Source: Octopus sinensis (taxonomy: Eukaryota). Taken from it: DNA of 64,000 nucleotides. Numbering within the stretch: position 1 is the stretch's first letter; every line of letters starts with the position of its first letter. The notes beneath the pieces were generated by a model. It worked only from the letters and a program-made list of their open reading frames with translations. It made no database searches and was not told where the DNA came from. The translations under genes were made by a program, and so were the position numbers. The stretch lies in contig NC_043003.1 of assembly GCF_006345805.1 (NCBI RefSeq), forward strand, positions 34,658,001 to 34,722,000. The letters run 5' to 3'. Shown piece by piece: positions 12,790-28,050 of this stretch.

Positions 12790-13210
12790 ATTTAACACTC
12801 AGTTAATTAGTCCATTCACTCACACACTCACTCACTCATTCACTACACGTTCACTCACTCGTACACTTACACACGGACTCAGTCAGCTACTCAGTCACTC
12901 ACACCTTCACTCACTCACTCTCTTCCACCCACCCTCACTCACTCACTCACACCCACTCACTCACTCATCACCCCCTATTCACTCACTCACCCCCACTCAC
13001 TCACTCACTCACTCGCTCATTCACTCGCTCATTCACTCGCTCATTCACTCACTCGCTCACTCACTCGCTCACTCACTCGCTCACTCGCTCACACACTCGC
13101 TCACTCACTCACTCACTCACTCGCTCACTCACTGACTCACTCACTCACTCCCTCACTCATTCACTAACCCGCCCACTCACTCATTCACTCACTCACTCAC
13201 TCACTCACTT
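12790..13210. repeat. (CACT)n/(CGCT)n tetranucleotide tract
   Basis: Directly visible imperfect array. Confidence 0.95.
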
Positions 13211-13344
13211 ATACATTTATCTTAAAAGAAATCCACACACAGAAACAATTAATCAAATCGCCAATTACACACCCATCCAGTCATTCAATGATTCAATGAA
13301 TGACTCAGTAATGGTGAGGCATCATATCAGATGTAAAAATATAT

Positions 13345-14511
13345 GTATCCGTAAAGGGAAGTCAAAATTTATCCGTTGTTACTTAAGGCTTCAGCTGTGG
13401 TCATGTAACCGAGGTTTGACCTTGATCTATACAGTTTACATTCTTGTGTTATAGAGTAAACTTGGTCGACCCTCTGTCAGTGAGCACCAAGGAAGAACAG
13501 AGATCAGTGTTCCGATTTCTTTGGTCTGAAGTTGTGTCAAGTGCTGAAATTTATCGCAGGTTTTCAGTAAGATACGAGACAGCATAAAAGTGTGGCTGAG
13601 TGGACTGAAGAGCTTAAAAATAACAGGACAATCACGTAACACGAAGAGGAAGAGGGAGAGGTATGCCTATCAACCTCCACCACTGATGTGATGATTCAAC
13701 AAGCTCAATACATGGTTCTGGTGAACCGATGAGTGACCATCGACGAGGTAGCATGTTCTCTGCAAATCAGTTGTGGTTCTGCATACGAAATTATCCACGA
13801 GAACCTTCGCTTCCTTAATGTCTCTGTGAGATCGGTGCTGTAAGGAGATTTGCGAACGTAGAATTATCTGTCAACATAGATGTGACTGGTGTCCATCACT
13901 TTGAATCACAATCCAAAGGGCTGGAATCGCCAGAGAAAAGAAAATTCAAGACTCAACTTTTCGGAGAAAAATGTTTATGTAAATGAGTTGCATTTAGGGA
14001 GGCAAACGAACCTATACTGGATCGTAACCTGGGGTACAATCTTCAGTGTAGGGTACAATACAACACCGATCAACAGAGTGAAACCAGCAATTCACAACAA
14101 AAGCAGAGGTTCATTATCAAAGTAAGTACTACATTTGCCGACAATGCACTCCCACATACGACTGCCCACACCGTTGAAAGAACACAAAAATTAGGCTTTG
14201 AGTTGCTGGAAGACCATGCATACAATCCAGATATCAATTCTTCTGACTATCACCTCTTTGGACAGCCCAGACATCCTTTAGAAGGTCATCGTTTAGTTAC
14301 GGATGAAGTAGCCCAACAAATGGTGTATAAATGCCTGCGCGATGAGCCGAAAAACCTTATCTTGGATGGAATGATGAAGCTTGTGGCGGCTGGAAGTTGT
14401 GCATCAAGAGTCAAGAAGACGATATCGAAAAATGATGAACTTGTGCAACCACTATCTCTGTTTTAATAAATTACACAAAAAAGTGCTTAAATTTTTTTAC
14501 TTATGCTCATA
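13345..14511 (+). mobile_element. Decayed near-full-length mariner (DD34D) transposon
   Basis: Fragmentary frames: EQRSVFRFLWSE; VTIDEVACSLQISCGSAYEIIH (HTH); DNALPHT; HAYNPDINSSDYHLFG (YSPDLAPSDYHLF-like). Degenerate TIRs aagggaagtcaaaattt / aaatttttttacttatgctcata. Confidence 0.88.
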
Positions 14512-14514
14512 TCT

Positions 14515-14609
14515 GCCTGTCCATCCATCCATCCATCCATCCATCCATCCATCCATCCATCCATCCATCCATCCATCTATCTATCTATATGTGTGCATGC
14601 ATGCATACA

Positions 14610-14645
<36 letters not shown>

Positions 14646-14663
14646 CATACATACATATATACA

Positions 14664-14697
<34 letters not shown>

Positions 14698-15095
14698 CAT
14701 ATATACATACATACATATATACATACATCTATACATACATATATACATGCATATATACATACATATATACATACATAAATATATACATACATATATACAT
14801 AAATACATACATACATATATACATACGTATATACATACATATATACATACATATATACATACATATATACATACATATATACGTACATATATACATACAT
14901 ATATACATACATATATACATACATATATACGTCATATATACATACATATATACATACATATATACATACATATATACATACATAATACATACATATATAC
15001 GTACATATATACATACATATATACGTACATATATACATACATATATACATACATATATACATACATATATACATATATACATACATATATATGAC
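14515..15095. repeat. (CCAT)n then (CATA/TACA)n microsatellite
   Basis: Directly visible. Confidence 0.95.
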
Positions 15096-16049
15096 ATGAC
15101 ACATAGGCCAAACTCTACAAACGCAATGAGTCATTGACTGTTTGTAATGTACAGATCATAAAGTGTCATTAACGGGTTGATTTGAAATTATATTTAATAG
15201 TTATTCATATTTTTGTGATCCTCCACCACATATTCCACATCGCCCGATAACGGATCACCTGTATACAAGCATATATACTTGCGTATACACACACACACAA
15301 AGGCATATAAATATACGTATCTACATATACATGCTTATATATACACAGATAGAGAGACAGACAGACAGGCAGAGAGGAAGACGGAGAGAGAGAGAGGGAG
15401 TGAAAGATAGAGAGAGATAGGTAGATAAAGAGATGTGTGTATGTATATATATATATACACACACACACATAAACATACAATTATATATAGAGATGAAGCT
15501 CACAAATTTTCACTTCGTGTCGACTTTGTACTTCCGGATTTTCGTACATGTCTAGTATCAAAATGTGTTCGTGAAAGTGAACATGTATGTGTTTATATAT
15601 CCTTTTACGTATAAACGTGAGCATGAGTATGTATGTGTATGTGATATGTTTTTGTGTATGTGTGCGTGGGGGGCTGGTGCGTCTGCGTGAGCGGTATCAG
15701 ATGCCTCGATCTTCGTCACGAATATCATTAAATAAGATTTCAAGATACATCAGTAAATAAATTATAGACGCAGACACATGTAGAATGGGGGTGTTAGTAA
15801 TGTTTCTGTGTGCATATACACATAAATGCATATATATAATACAATATAATATCATATAACATATATATATATATGCACACACACAACATATACATAATGT
15901 TTAAATGAGATATATTATAAATATATAACCTAATACATATATACATATATATACATATATTCATAATATGTATATTTTATAAATAAATATATTACATATA
16001 TATATATCGCTATATATATATATATATATATATCTAAATATATATATAT

Positions 16050-16095
<46 letters not shown>

Positions 16096-17294
16096 TATAA
16101 ATATATATACATATATACATATATATATATAAATATATATTATATATATATAATATAAATATATATACATATATAATATACATATATATATAAAATAAAT
16201 ATATTATATATATTATATATATATATATAAATTATTATATATATATATAATATATATTATATATATATATATAATTATATATATAAATATATATATATAT
16301 ATCCTATAATATATATATATATATATATATCATACACACACACCATATATATATATATATATAATAGTTAATATTTAATATTCACATGCGTGTGCGTATG
16401 TGTTAGTGCATGACTACCAGATTTGTACGCGAATATTCTGCACATGCGCGCGTGTGGGTTTGTATCGGGAGACGTTGGGAAAATGTGAAATAATGCTATT
16501 ATATGTTCTGATGTTTCTAGTTCAAAATAATGAAGAGAAAATACATTCAAAAATTCGATGTAAGTAATATTAAGATAGCAAAGTGGATGATTTATACAAA
16601 GAGTATATAAATATATAAATAAAGAAATAAACAAACAAACAACAAACAAATAGATAAATAGATAAATAAATATACAAACAAGCAGTCTCACAAACAGATA
16701 AATATCCATCTTTTGAATATAATTGAAAGGAACCCATAGCAATATAAACAAAAGAACAGAGTTTCTCTTGATATGAAGAGCTGAAAATCTCAGCATGGAT
16801 ATATTGCAAACAGGAAGAGGAAGCAGGACCGGATCACCATAAAATCAAAAACTCTGATCTCAAAACTACCGAATGGCAAGTACAAAAAGCACCTCTCAGA
16901 AGTCTGATGGAGCATTAATAGTGGAATAAAACTGCTCTTTACAGTAGTAAGATGTTATAGAGCATACAGTCCGCTTTCATGAGTACAACTACTGAAGAAA
17001 AACAGGGGAAAAAAATGGAAAATATATAATGGTAAACAATATGTGTGTGTGTGTGTGTGTGTGTGTGGAGAGAGAGAGACGGAGAGAGATAGAGTGAATT
17101 AGTGAGAGGTTGTTATATGTGCGTGTCTATGTGCACATTTATACCTATGCATATATATATGAGTGTGTGTTTGTGTGTGAATGTAAATATATATATGTGA
17201 GCATATATATATGCAAGCATATGTATATATATGTATATATATGTATATATATATGCATATATATATATGTATATATATATACTTACATACACGT

Positions 17295-17327
<33 letters not shown>

Positions 17328-17400
17328 TCATACGTAAATATAAAATAGATAGATAAAAGATAGATAGAAAGACAGATAGACATATAGATAGACAGATAGA

Positions 17401-17519
<119 letters not shown>

Positions 17520-17758
17520 TGGAATTTGAGGAAATAGACAAAAAATATGATGAAATTATATGAGTCATATGGTTTTGCTTATACAGATGGTGCAAACGTT
17601 TCGTTTCCGAAAATTATGGACAGCTAAGAGATTGAACTGTTGTATATGAACACGTTCATCCACACAATTACATACAGCAACAAATTTATACTCACAAGCA
17701 CATGCACTAATATTACCAGCCACACACTGCGGTCTGCTTGTGTGTGTATGTATGTATG

Positions 17759-17815
<57 letters not shown>

Positions 17816-17914
17816 TGGTACACCGGCGATTATAATTAATTTTATTGTATCGCATTTATCTTTGCTTATATATATATATATATATTATATATATATATAT
17901 ATTTATATATTTCT

Positions 17915-18759
17915 TACAGTGTGCGTGGGGTAAATTGTCGCCATTTTATATTCTTAATTTCACACATGTGCATCGTTTGTTTTTGATTTTGTCGGTTGCA
18001 CAGTATAGTAGGGTCAGATGGGCACCCGTCTGTGAGTAAAACAGCACCATGAGGCTATCCACTCTGCCAGAAATTTGGAAACGATATGTTGTTCTGCTTG
18101 GTATTCGCGCCGGAAGCACCAATACAAACATTTCAGAATGTTTGTGTATCAATTGGAGAAAAATGCAATCTGAGGACATGTATCGAGAGTGATAAAAATC
18201 AAACATCCAGTCAACATCATGGTGCTTGGAGTGATCACTAGTGATGGCAACGTTACACCTCCACTCATCTTCCCACACGACCTCAGACTCAACACGGATG
18301 CCTACATCAAGGACCTGGAGGAGTTAGTGCTGCCCTGGGTCAAGAGGGTGGCTGCTGGAAGATCCTATGTCACACAAACAGGAGAACCCAGTCATGGCTG
18401 TCAGACAAGTTCTGAGATCCCATCACGCCTAACATCTGGCCACCTAACACCCCAGACTGCAACCCCACTGTCTGGGGTGCAGCTGAGCGAGAGGCCAATA
18501 AAACTCCTCGTAACACTGAAGATGTACTGAAGGCAAGGATTATTGTAGCATTCAGTAACTTAAATAAGGAGACGGTCCAGAAGAGTTGCAGAAGATTCCG
18601 AAGTCGTCTGGAGGCCATGGCTGAAGCCAATGGCAGTTTATTGAATATACTCTTTAGTATTCCAAAATATTTTAATGTAATTTTGGTAAATATATCTGTT
18701 AAAATGAGATGTCAGCGTTATTTTCATTTTTGTGTAATTTAGACGAGAATTTATTTACT

Positions 18760-18760
<1 letters not shown>
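17915..18760 (+). mobile_element. Internally deleted maT (DD37D) Tc1/mariner transposon
   Basis: KHPVNIMVLGVITSDGNVTPPLIFPHDLRLNTDAYIKDLEELVLPWVKRVAAGR; later frame IWPPNTPDCNP (WPPxSPDLNP-like) and KSCRRFRSRLEA. Terminal tacagtgtgcgtggggtaaattgtcgcc with partial inverse gacgagaattta. Confidence 0.85.
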
Positions 18761-18835
<75 letters not shown>

Positions 18836-19410
18836 TATATATATATACATATACAGACATGTATGTGTTTATGAATGTATGTAAAATGAAGCATGTGCTT
18901 TTCATGAAAACGTACGCCAATTCTGATCTTAGGTAGAAATACCACATACTACCACGTAGAAAATAGAGATTATGACAAAAATTTTAAGTAATCGTGAAAA
19001 TTAGCGAAGTTTGAAAACCACCCAGGTACGTTCTATGATAAAATCAACATAGGTAAGAACTTTTCTAAAAGCAATCGAATATCGGAGATGTGATTATTTA
19101 CGAGTGCCTGTTAGCACACTTTTAAATATTCACTGGAGGTGGCTCGTGAAATCGGTCGGCTGCATAACATTCATGTGTCTCTTAAGAATACTATTATTAA
19201 CTGCAATCTGAAATCGAACATTCTTCCATACGATTTCTAAATGATAAACACGACAATTGATTCTTGATTACGTCCATCAATTCATCGACCTATACTTCTA
19301 TCTATTTCAATATAGCTCCAACAAGCGAATTATACTTGCGTTCATCGATGTTCCTACATCAAACGTCCAATTTAATAACTTACGAATGTGTGCGTATACA
19401 TGTGTACACG

Positions 19411-19502
<92 letters not shown>

Positions 19503-19580
19503 AATCTATCTATCAATCTATCTATCAATCTATCGATCAATCTATCAATCTATCTATCAGTCTGTCTGTCTGTCTGTCTT

Positions 19581-19627
<47 letters not shown>

Positions 19628-20211
19628 GTGTGTGTGTGGTGTGTGCGTGTGTATTTTGTTTCACTGGTTCCAGACTGTGGACGGCAGCCATACTGGGGAA
19701 AATCCTAAACTGTTTAGTCAATCATATCGATCCCGGTACTTATTTCTGTCTGGTATTTTAACACATCTAGTTATCGAAACGCTAAGTTATAAATGCCATT
19801 TTAATCTCCATCCCTCACCCGTTCTTTTCTGTCTTTATTGCAACCTATTTTTACTCTATTCGCCCCGCCCCCCTCTCGTCATTTATATCTCTCTCTCTAT
19901 AGAGTCTGGTAATTGAGATATCCAGCTATACTCGCTATCCAAATAACCCTCTTTTTCGATCTGCACAAATTTCTACCAATTTTCTATTTTTTATTACACT
20001 CCCTGCACGGTTTTCATCTGAAAACAGGGCTAGGCTAGTGTGATAAGAAGCATGAAATAGAGAATGCATTTAAATATTTCCTGACTAAGAAATCGAATAA
20101 CGGTTTATGTGAAGTAATTTATCAAAGCTTGCTCCAACGTGAAGCTGACTTTAACAACTAGCCCGTGTTAAGAGATAAAAGAGAAAGAAAGAGAGTGAGA
20201 CAGAAAGAGTA

Positions 20212-20246
<35 letters not shown>

Positions 20247-21177
20247 AGAAGAAGGAAAGAAAGAAAATAGTGAAAATGAACAAAAACTTGGTAAAAAAAA
20301 AAAGCAGAAAATATATGAATAAAACTAGAACCTTTATGTAGATTAAGAACGTGAATCTTGTCTACACGAAACGTTCAAATTATCGATTAACTATCAGGCT
20401 CAGAGTTCAGGAGAGTAAGCGTCTGTGGGTTGTATTGGTATTAATGTTAGTGAAATAAAAGTAGATAAGATGACTTCTAGGTGTACATTGAGAAAGCAAT
20501 TAATGTTTTATTTACTAACAGTAAAGTAATATTATTATGCAAGGCAAGTAAAATATTCTTGTACGCTCTGCCCTGAAAGCCTAACAGCAAAGCTATAAAT
20601 GTGCCTCTATTCTCAGGTTAAGTCAAGCGTGAGTAAAAAAAAAGTATGTTTTAGTACACTAGTAAATTGTGGAAATGTACTAAAGAAAGGCATTCAGAGA
20701 TAATTAGAATAGGCAGGTATGAGACACAGGTTTCTTTATTATTCCGGTGTTAGTGAGATCATAAAAGGACAGGAATTATTCTTTAACACTAAAATCATAT
20801 ACCTACTCCTTGGATATTCGGACATGTGGCATCATTGGATAGGCGACTTTTCACTGACGAGGAACAAAAATGCTGAAACTTATCGAGTAATGTTATTGTA
20901 TACATATTAAAGTAATTTCTAAAATTTGACTTCACGTCGATTGTATGGTACACAGATTGATTTTCGAATCTAAAATTCAAATTCGATTATTGTTTCTTCG
21001 TTTCTTAATCCGAATTATTTAATAAGATAGTGATTTTTTTCCTTATTAGTGTTCATATATTTTAATTAATAAAAAATTCTTCGTTCACCAAATGAAAAAT
21101 GTTAGCCATGCCTGGGATTAAACTAACAGTAACATCCAACTGCCACTTTGATATGGCGACTGGTTTAACTATATATA

Positions 21178-21214
<37 letters not shown>

Positions 21215-21218
<4 letters not shown>

Positions 21219-21560
21219 CTTGACCTTGACCGACCAGTCCGTCAGGTGTCCATTTGACACTGCTGGTCACAGCACGCTGTCCACTCCTTTCTGAATCGCG
21301 CCTTTCTCATCCACGCGATCCCAATCGCCCTCCTGAAATTGTAACTTCACCGTCGTGGAGGCTTTCCTAGTGGTCGTTTCCGCTCGCGGGTACCACTCGA
21401 CAACTGCGCCGGTTCACCGATTATCGGTGAGCCGGGCAACGTGTCCAGCCCATCTAAACTTGCTGCGTGTAAATTCTATGATAACATCCCTCACGCCGAA
21501 CTTCCTTCTGATGACCGCGCTACTGATGTGCTCTCTCAACGATTCTTCCCAGGCACAACA
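21215..21560 (-). mobile_element. RTE-clade LINE 3' fragment
   Basis: Minus-strand translation ...KFRWAGHVARLTDNR*TGAVVEWYPR..KRPLGKPPRR.. (WAGHVxR...RPxGRPxxRW motif); short tandem tail ggtcaaggtcaaggtgat. Confidence 0.85.
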
Positions 21561-21837
21561 AAATACCGTAACAAGATTTCAGCAATATACAAAGATTGTG
21601 ATATAGGGAACCTGGTATGTATTTATATAGTACAAAATACTACGAAACTTATATGCACATACAAAATAGAATTTAAACCACTTTGTAAGTTGAAATAATT
21701 ATACTTACTACTGGACTTAATGCAATAAAAAGAGTTATGCATATTTAGACTTACTTTTTACAACATGGTCCAAAGTTTCGGCCAACTGTGTATTCACAAA
21801 TTTTCATATAATTCTATGTACACATGCCCACACAAAA

Positions 21838-21870
<33 letters not shown>

Positions 21871-21899
21871 TATATTGTTTATATATATGTATATATGTT

Positions 21900-22211
21900 A
21901 CGACGAAGAGCGTTCCAGTTGATTCTTTGAACAGAACAGCCTACTCTTAAAATTAACGCGCAAGTGGTTGAGCACTTCACAAACACGCGTCACGCGTATC
22001 CATAACGTAGCTCTCAGGGAGATTCAGCCTGACACTGAGTGTGACAAGGCCGACCCCTTGAATTGCAGGTACAACTACTTTTTCCAGCTACGTGGACTGG
22101 ACCAAGGTGAAAAAAAGGTATCTTGGTCAATGACACAATGCTCAGCCGGTTTTCGAATCCACGACCTTTCATTCTTGATCCGAGTACCCCTAACCACTGA
22201 GCCACGCGCCT
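21900..22211 (-). mobile_element. tRNA-derived SINE family C
   Basis: Minus-strand head ggcgcgTGGCTCAGTGGttagg (A box) ... GGATTCGAAAACC (B box); body shared with 33512-33778. Confidence 0.85.
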
Positions 22212-22238
22212 TCATATCGTCTGATCACTGTCCGAAGT

Positions 22239-22455
22239 CAGGACGCCATGATAGATCGCTAGCTCCTACACGCAATTTTTTTCTCTCCTTGTTTCTCTCC
22301 TTGTTTTTTTCTGTGTATCTTTCTGTCGAAGAGCATAGGCTCGAAACGTAAAATACATTTTCTATTTCTATTCCTGAGCGCTATACTAATACATTTGTTT
22401 GTTTGTACTCCACCTGCCTTCGTCTTTTGTTTATTTTCGTAAACTTTCCTTTTAT
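22239..22455 (+). mobile_element. ~200-bp Penelope-like terminal-repeat element, copy 1 (hammerhead-like motif)
   Basis: Near-identical to 29401-29600; contains ctgtcgaagagcataggctcgaaacgta; followed by (TA)n. PLE assignment is inferred from the motif only. Confidence 0.6.
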
Positions 22456-22950
22456 ATATATATATATAATATATATATATATATATTATATATATTATAT
22501 ATATATATATATATATATCGATAAGACTGTTACAGCGGTGCTCCTACTGAGATAACATTTCAGGATGTGATGTGTTTAATTCTATAATATGAGAAGGTGA
22601 CTGAACGTTATAGAAAAACACCTACGAAAAGGTGTAAATGCATCCAGCGATCCTCTGGACGAATATCGAGGTAACTGGCCTATCAACGTCGTGCTTACGT
22701 ATGCTACTCACTGTAGTTATACATTTATGTGTGTGTTTGTGTGCTGTTCGTATGTGTGCTTATATATATATGTATACATTTTGGAAATGTGTGTAAATGT
22801 GCGTATGTGCGTGCATATTCATATACATTTATGGACACAAATATATATCTCTATGTATATATTTCTCTCTTTCACACACTCTCTCTCTCTCTCCTTCTCT
22901 ATCTAGTTGGATAGCTAGTTAGCTACGTATTGCGTGTATACATGTTCATG

Positions 22951-22992
<42 letters not shown>

Positions 22993-23077
22993 CTTCAAAA
23001 GTTCTTGCATATAATTCATTGTGTCATTGTGTCTCAATATATACAGGGAGTGACAGAAACATATTTGTACACACACA

Positions 23078-23144
<67 letters not shown>

Positions 23145-23569
23145 GCAGTTATGATCGTACCCACTTCAAGCATACACATACATATAAATGAACACACATT
23201 AGTTTGGCTGTTTTGCACCAAGCTAGAGCGGCACAGTTCATGCTAGTGGTAGAACTGATTACACAAAGAAAATAAATTATTCCCATGTGATCTACACCGA
23301 TGTTTTAATTAAAACGGGTTAAGCTGTTAAGCTGTTAACCCCTTAACTACTGCATGAGCATGCTTCACATGGAATTAGGAATGTGTAAGTGCAAGCTGAC
23401 TGCAGAATAGTCCGTAAGTGGTTCTGACTAATACTTATTCTCTTCTCTCTGTCACAGAAATATTATACAGAGAAACGTAGATGTTCGCACATACAGCATA
23501 AACGGGCATATACATACATTCGCTCCGCATATATTCCCAAACTTAGTTCCATACATAGACATTTAAATA

Positions 23570-23591
23570 TTATATATATATATATATATAG

Positions 23592-23624
<33 letters not shown>

Positions 23625-23864
23625 ATATATATGCATATATATATACTTATTTATAATTCTTTCACACACACATACACTATATATATATGTATATATATAT
23701 ATATAATTATATGTGTATATATATATGTATATATATATCTGTATATATGTATATGTATATATATATGTATATATATGTATGTGTATGTATATAATGTATA
23801 TGTATGTATAAATATGTATATGCATGTATGTATATATTTACATGTATAAGTATATATATACATG

Positions 23865-23895
<31 letters not shown>

Positions 23896-24167
23896 ATAAT
23901 ATGTATATATATATGTATGTATATAGTGTTATATATATATGTATATTATGTATATGTATATGTATATATATATATGTATGTATATATATGTATAGTATTA
24001 TATGTTGTATATATTGTATATGTTATATAATATATGTATGTATATATATGTATATGTATATATATATATGTGTATATGTATATATATATGTATATATATA
24101 TATTTTATATATATATATATATCTATATATATATATATGTATATATATGCATATATATGTATGTATG

Positions 24168-24216
<49 letters not shown>

Positions 24217-24232
24217 TATATATATATAAAGT
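23570..24232. repeat. Long imperfect (TA)n/(TATG)n tract
   Basis: Directly visible. Confidence 0.95.
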
Positions 24233-25093
24233 ACATGCATGCATAGAGAGTGCATATGCGTATATAAGTATGTATTTTTGATATATATTGCGTTATATAT
24301 ATTTCCTCAAAATTCAAGGCGTACATCTTTGTGAATTATGTTAATCTGTGTATTTCATAATAAATACCAATAGGAAAACACACGTCCATCCACTGTAAGA
24401 AACGTGCTCGTCTTCCTTTCTATACACACCTAATCATTCACGCGCCTACATACGCAAAACACACACACACACACACACATTTATATATATACATATATAT
24501 ATATATATATTACGTATTGTCTGTCTCAGTCTCTCTGTCTATCTCTCTCTCTCTCTATCTATCTGTCGTTATGTATGCATACATGCATACATATATACAT
24601 ATATGAATATATGTAAATATGTGTGTGTGTGTATAATTCCAGCTTCAAACGAATATAGATTCGTGCACCTTACAGTGTCAAGGCGAACACATGCCATATT
24701 CTAAAGTCCATTCTCTCGCTCCAATTCACACAAATTCCAAATTTGGTAGCATCCATCAGTGATTATGGTTAGCAAGCGTATGCATCTTGCAGTCTTTGGA
24801 AAAACGCGCGCGCGCACACACATACACGCACGAACACAAACACACCCAAAGTCACTCTAACATGCACACACATGTACATACAGAAGAATGGCTCTAAACA
24901 CGTGCATACTCTTAAGAAAAGCATGTACGTATTACTCTATGTACTAATATAGATGCCATGTCTGACTTTATAAATCAACTGCGATTGACGAGCAAGCAGG
25001 CACACATATGCATATGCTTATTGATATCATAAGAAGCGTACGTTTAGACACGCTTTCATACGCATACATAAACATGCGCACACACACACACAC

Positions 25094-25139
<46 letters not shown>

Positions 25140-25304
25140 TACAAATACACAGTCATACACTCGAATACAAACGTGCAATACAGTCAAGCTGAACGCTAAT
25201 CCAAGCTAAGAAGTACGCTGGACCAGTCCGACAGGAAAGAAGAAACAAGCAAACTGAATGAAGCAGACAGAAATATTGAGATGATAGAATAAATGGGTGG
25301 GAGG

Positions 25305-25345
<41 letters not shown>

Positions 25346-25992
25346 AGAGAGAGAGGGAGAGAGAGAAAGATAAACGGAGAAAGGAAGAGAAGGGATATTC
25401 TAAAATCAACTGAAGTGGCATCAGTCTCCCTCTTTGTAGAAGGTCACATGAAGGAAATGCTATGAAAAGTGCGCCCCCTTTACTATTTCCGTAAGAAAAA
25501 CCTTCATGTCTCTTTTTGTCTCGTAATTAAGTCGAAAAGGCCGGCTTATTCGCTTCAATAGGCAAACAGGAATTTTTATTTTGGTATTTGTTTATTTATT
25601 GATTTTTAGTTTTCGTTGTCTTCTTGAAGTTTATACAGGCATTTCCAGTTGGTAAGTTTCATGGCAAATATCAAGCTAAAGTGCCGTCCGTTTTCTGTAT
25701 CAAACGAATAGAATGCCTTTCTCAAGTGGAGTTGGAGAGATTGGGCGAATTTTGGTTTCTCCAATGAATAATGAAGTGTAAAAGTTGTTTGGAGAAATAG
25801 TGTTTATACCATTCCATTTTCAGTACACATTGGCTCCTTTCTCAATGCCAACCTTCCAATTCTTGGCTTTGTCCGAACTATTCCATTTTTCACCCGATTG
25901 GATTTCAGTTCTGTACAAAAGTCAAGTACATATGAATGCAATACTGCATACATACATACGTACATATATACAAACATATACGTACATATACA

Positions 25993-26073
<81 letters not shown>

Positions 26074-26740
26074 TGTGTGTGTGTGTGTTCATAAATGTTT
26101 ATATACGCTGGTAGCCAACTGGACCTTTATGCGTGTGTGTATGTGAATGTAAGCGTGTATATATTATATAATATAAAATATAACTGAAAACTATACTTGA
26201 ACATATTTAATATACAGCTCAAAAAGACATTTACAAATACACATAGACCCACAAATATATAGCTGTGTATTTCAACAAATATTTACGCTTGCATTTTATA
26301 GGAGTGTTTCTGCAGATATGCAAATAGTGTTAAAATAACCAGTAGGTTAGCTGAAGAAGTGTAAGCATAATATATCTAAGGATAAACTATAAAAATATTT
26401 CTTTGCCTTGCTTTCATAAACATACATGTAGAACCACTGAGTCCAAAGCAGCCACGGGATATTTTTGCTGTAAATTTTAGTATTACGCAATTAAACGTAC
26501 TCATATACATTTGTTTGCAACTTATCTGCAAAGACCCTGTTGCATAAGTTGATTCATGTATCTAGCTATATATCTATCTATCTATCTGTCTATATATCTG
26601 TCTATCTATCTGTCTATCTATCTATCTGTCTATCTGTCTATCTATCTGTCTATCTATCTATCTGTCTGTCTGCCTGTCTATATGTCTGTCTATCTGTCTG
26701 TCTATCTGTCTGTCTATCTGTCTGTCTATCTGTCTGTCTA

Positions 26741-26792
<52 letters not shown>

Positions 26793-27287
26793 TCTAGCTA
26801 TCTATCTAGCTATCTATCTATATATCTATTTAATTTATCTATCTATCTATACACACACACATACACATAAACACATATACATGTGTAAGTGCGCGAGTGC
26901 GTGCGTGTATGTAAGTATAAATTTACACACATACATATGCACGGCCTTTTATAAATATAACGAGTGTATGAGTGAACTAAATAAATGGTCTTGACTAACA
27001 CAGTTAAGCCGAAGCTCTAGCGTTTCATGATAACAAAGGTATAAGGGTGGAAATTCTAAAAGCAACCATCTCACGTGGTGACATTTGTAGGCGAATGCTT
27101 TGCTTGGAATCCCCACTATAATTCGGTCGGACGCTGCAGGAAACGCAAAACTTGCGCATATTGGCTTATACCTGGCATCAAGAAACACATCAACATAAGA
27201 TGGTAAGACTAATGTTTACGAAAGCTTGTTATGCTTGAACAAAGTTTTTGCAAGCAACGTTCGTAATTATGTGCATTGCATCTATAT

Positions 27288-27425
27288 CAGTCTTGGCCAA
27301 CCTGTGGCCCGCGGGACTTTCTGAATGTCAAGCCTGAACGAATAATTACTTTAATTTTTGTAGTAGCGCGGCTCGCCCGATGATGCGGACCACTTCTCTA
27401 AGAAAAAAAAAATTGTCCATGACTG
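27288..27425. mobile_element. 138-bp hAT-type MITE
   Basis: TIRs CAGTCTTGGCCAA / TTGTCCATGACTG (11/13 match); Charlie-like end CAGTCTTGGCCAACCTGTGGCCCGCGGG; decayed 8-bp TSD ATCTATAT / ATCTGCAT (6/8). Confidence 0.65.
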
Positions 27426-27569
27426 ATCTGCATTTTCAAAAGAATAACCTGGGAATAACGGATAAATAAGTGATTTGTGTTTGCTTGCTATCAACAACAG
27501 TAGATATATATTTGTATTGATTCCATAAACGAGATATCAAAAACAAACCTGCTCCTATTTTACATAATA

Positions 27570-28050
27570 GTGATTCCTTCTGCAGTACAAAGGCACAATC
27601 AGTACACATATGAAGAAAACAATATTGAATCCCGTAAAGATCAAACCCTTGAAATCCACTTCACTGGCGATCTTGAATTTCCAACAGAGCAAAAATTTCA
27701 TTCAAATGTTTCGCTTTCCTCACAAGAGCTAGAATGTTTTAGCTCCCAACAGCTGCTGATTCTCGACGAAACACAAATGGGACCAACAGTAAAATACTAT
27801 TCACATATTCAGGACTTTGCTGCTGCTACACAAACTATCATATTCAACCCGTACCCAGTTAACCCAACTGATTTGCATGTAGTTATTAACCGATACACTT
27901 CAACTACTAGTCCACATAAGTGATGTTTCCTTACTGTACACTGGATATTACAATGGGGACTTCTTTTATGAACCAGTTCATTAAGGTTGCTTATGACTTC
28001 CATCCAAGCCACGTACCAATTATTACCCATTCCTACGTCCTCATTTCATT
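27570..28050 (+). pseudogene. Possible decayed LINE apurinic-like endonuclease fragment
   Basis: 117-aa ORF with SNV...QLLILDETQM (APE LxLxET-like motif) and a downstream frame YYNGDF (GDFN-like). Weak, motif-level only. Confidence 0.3.
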
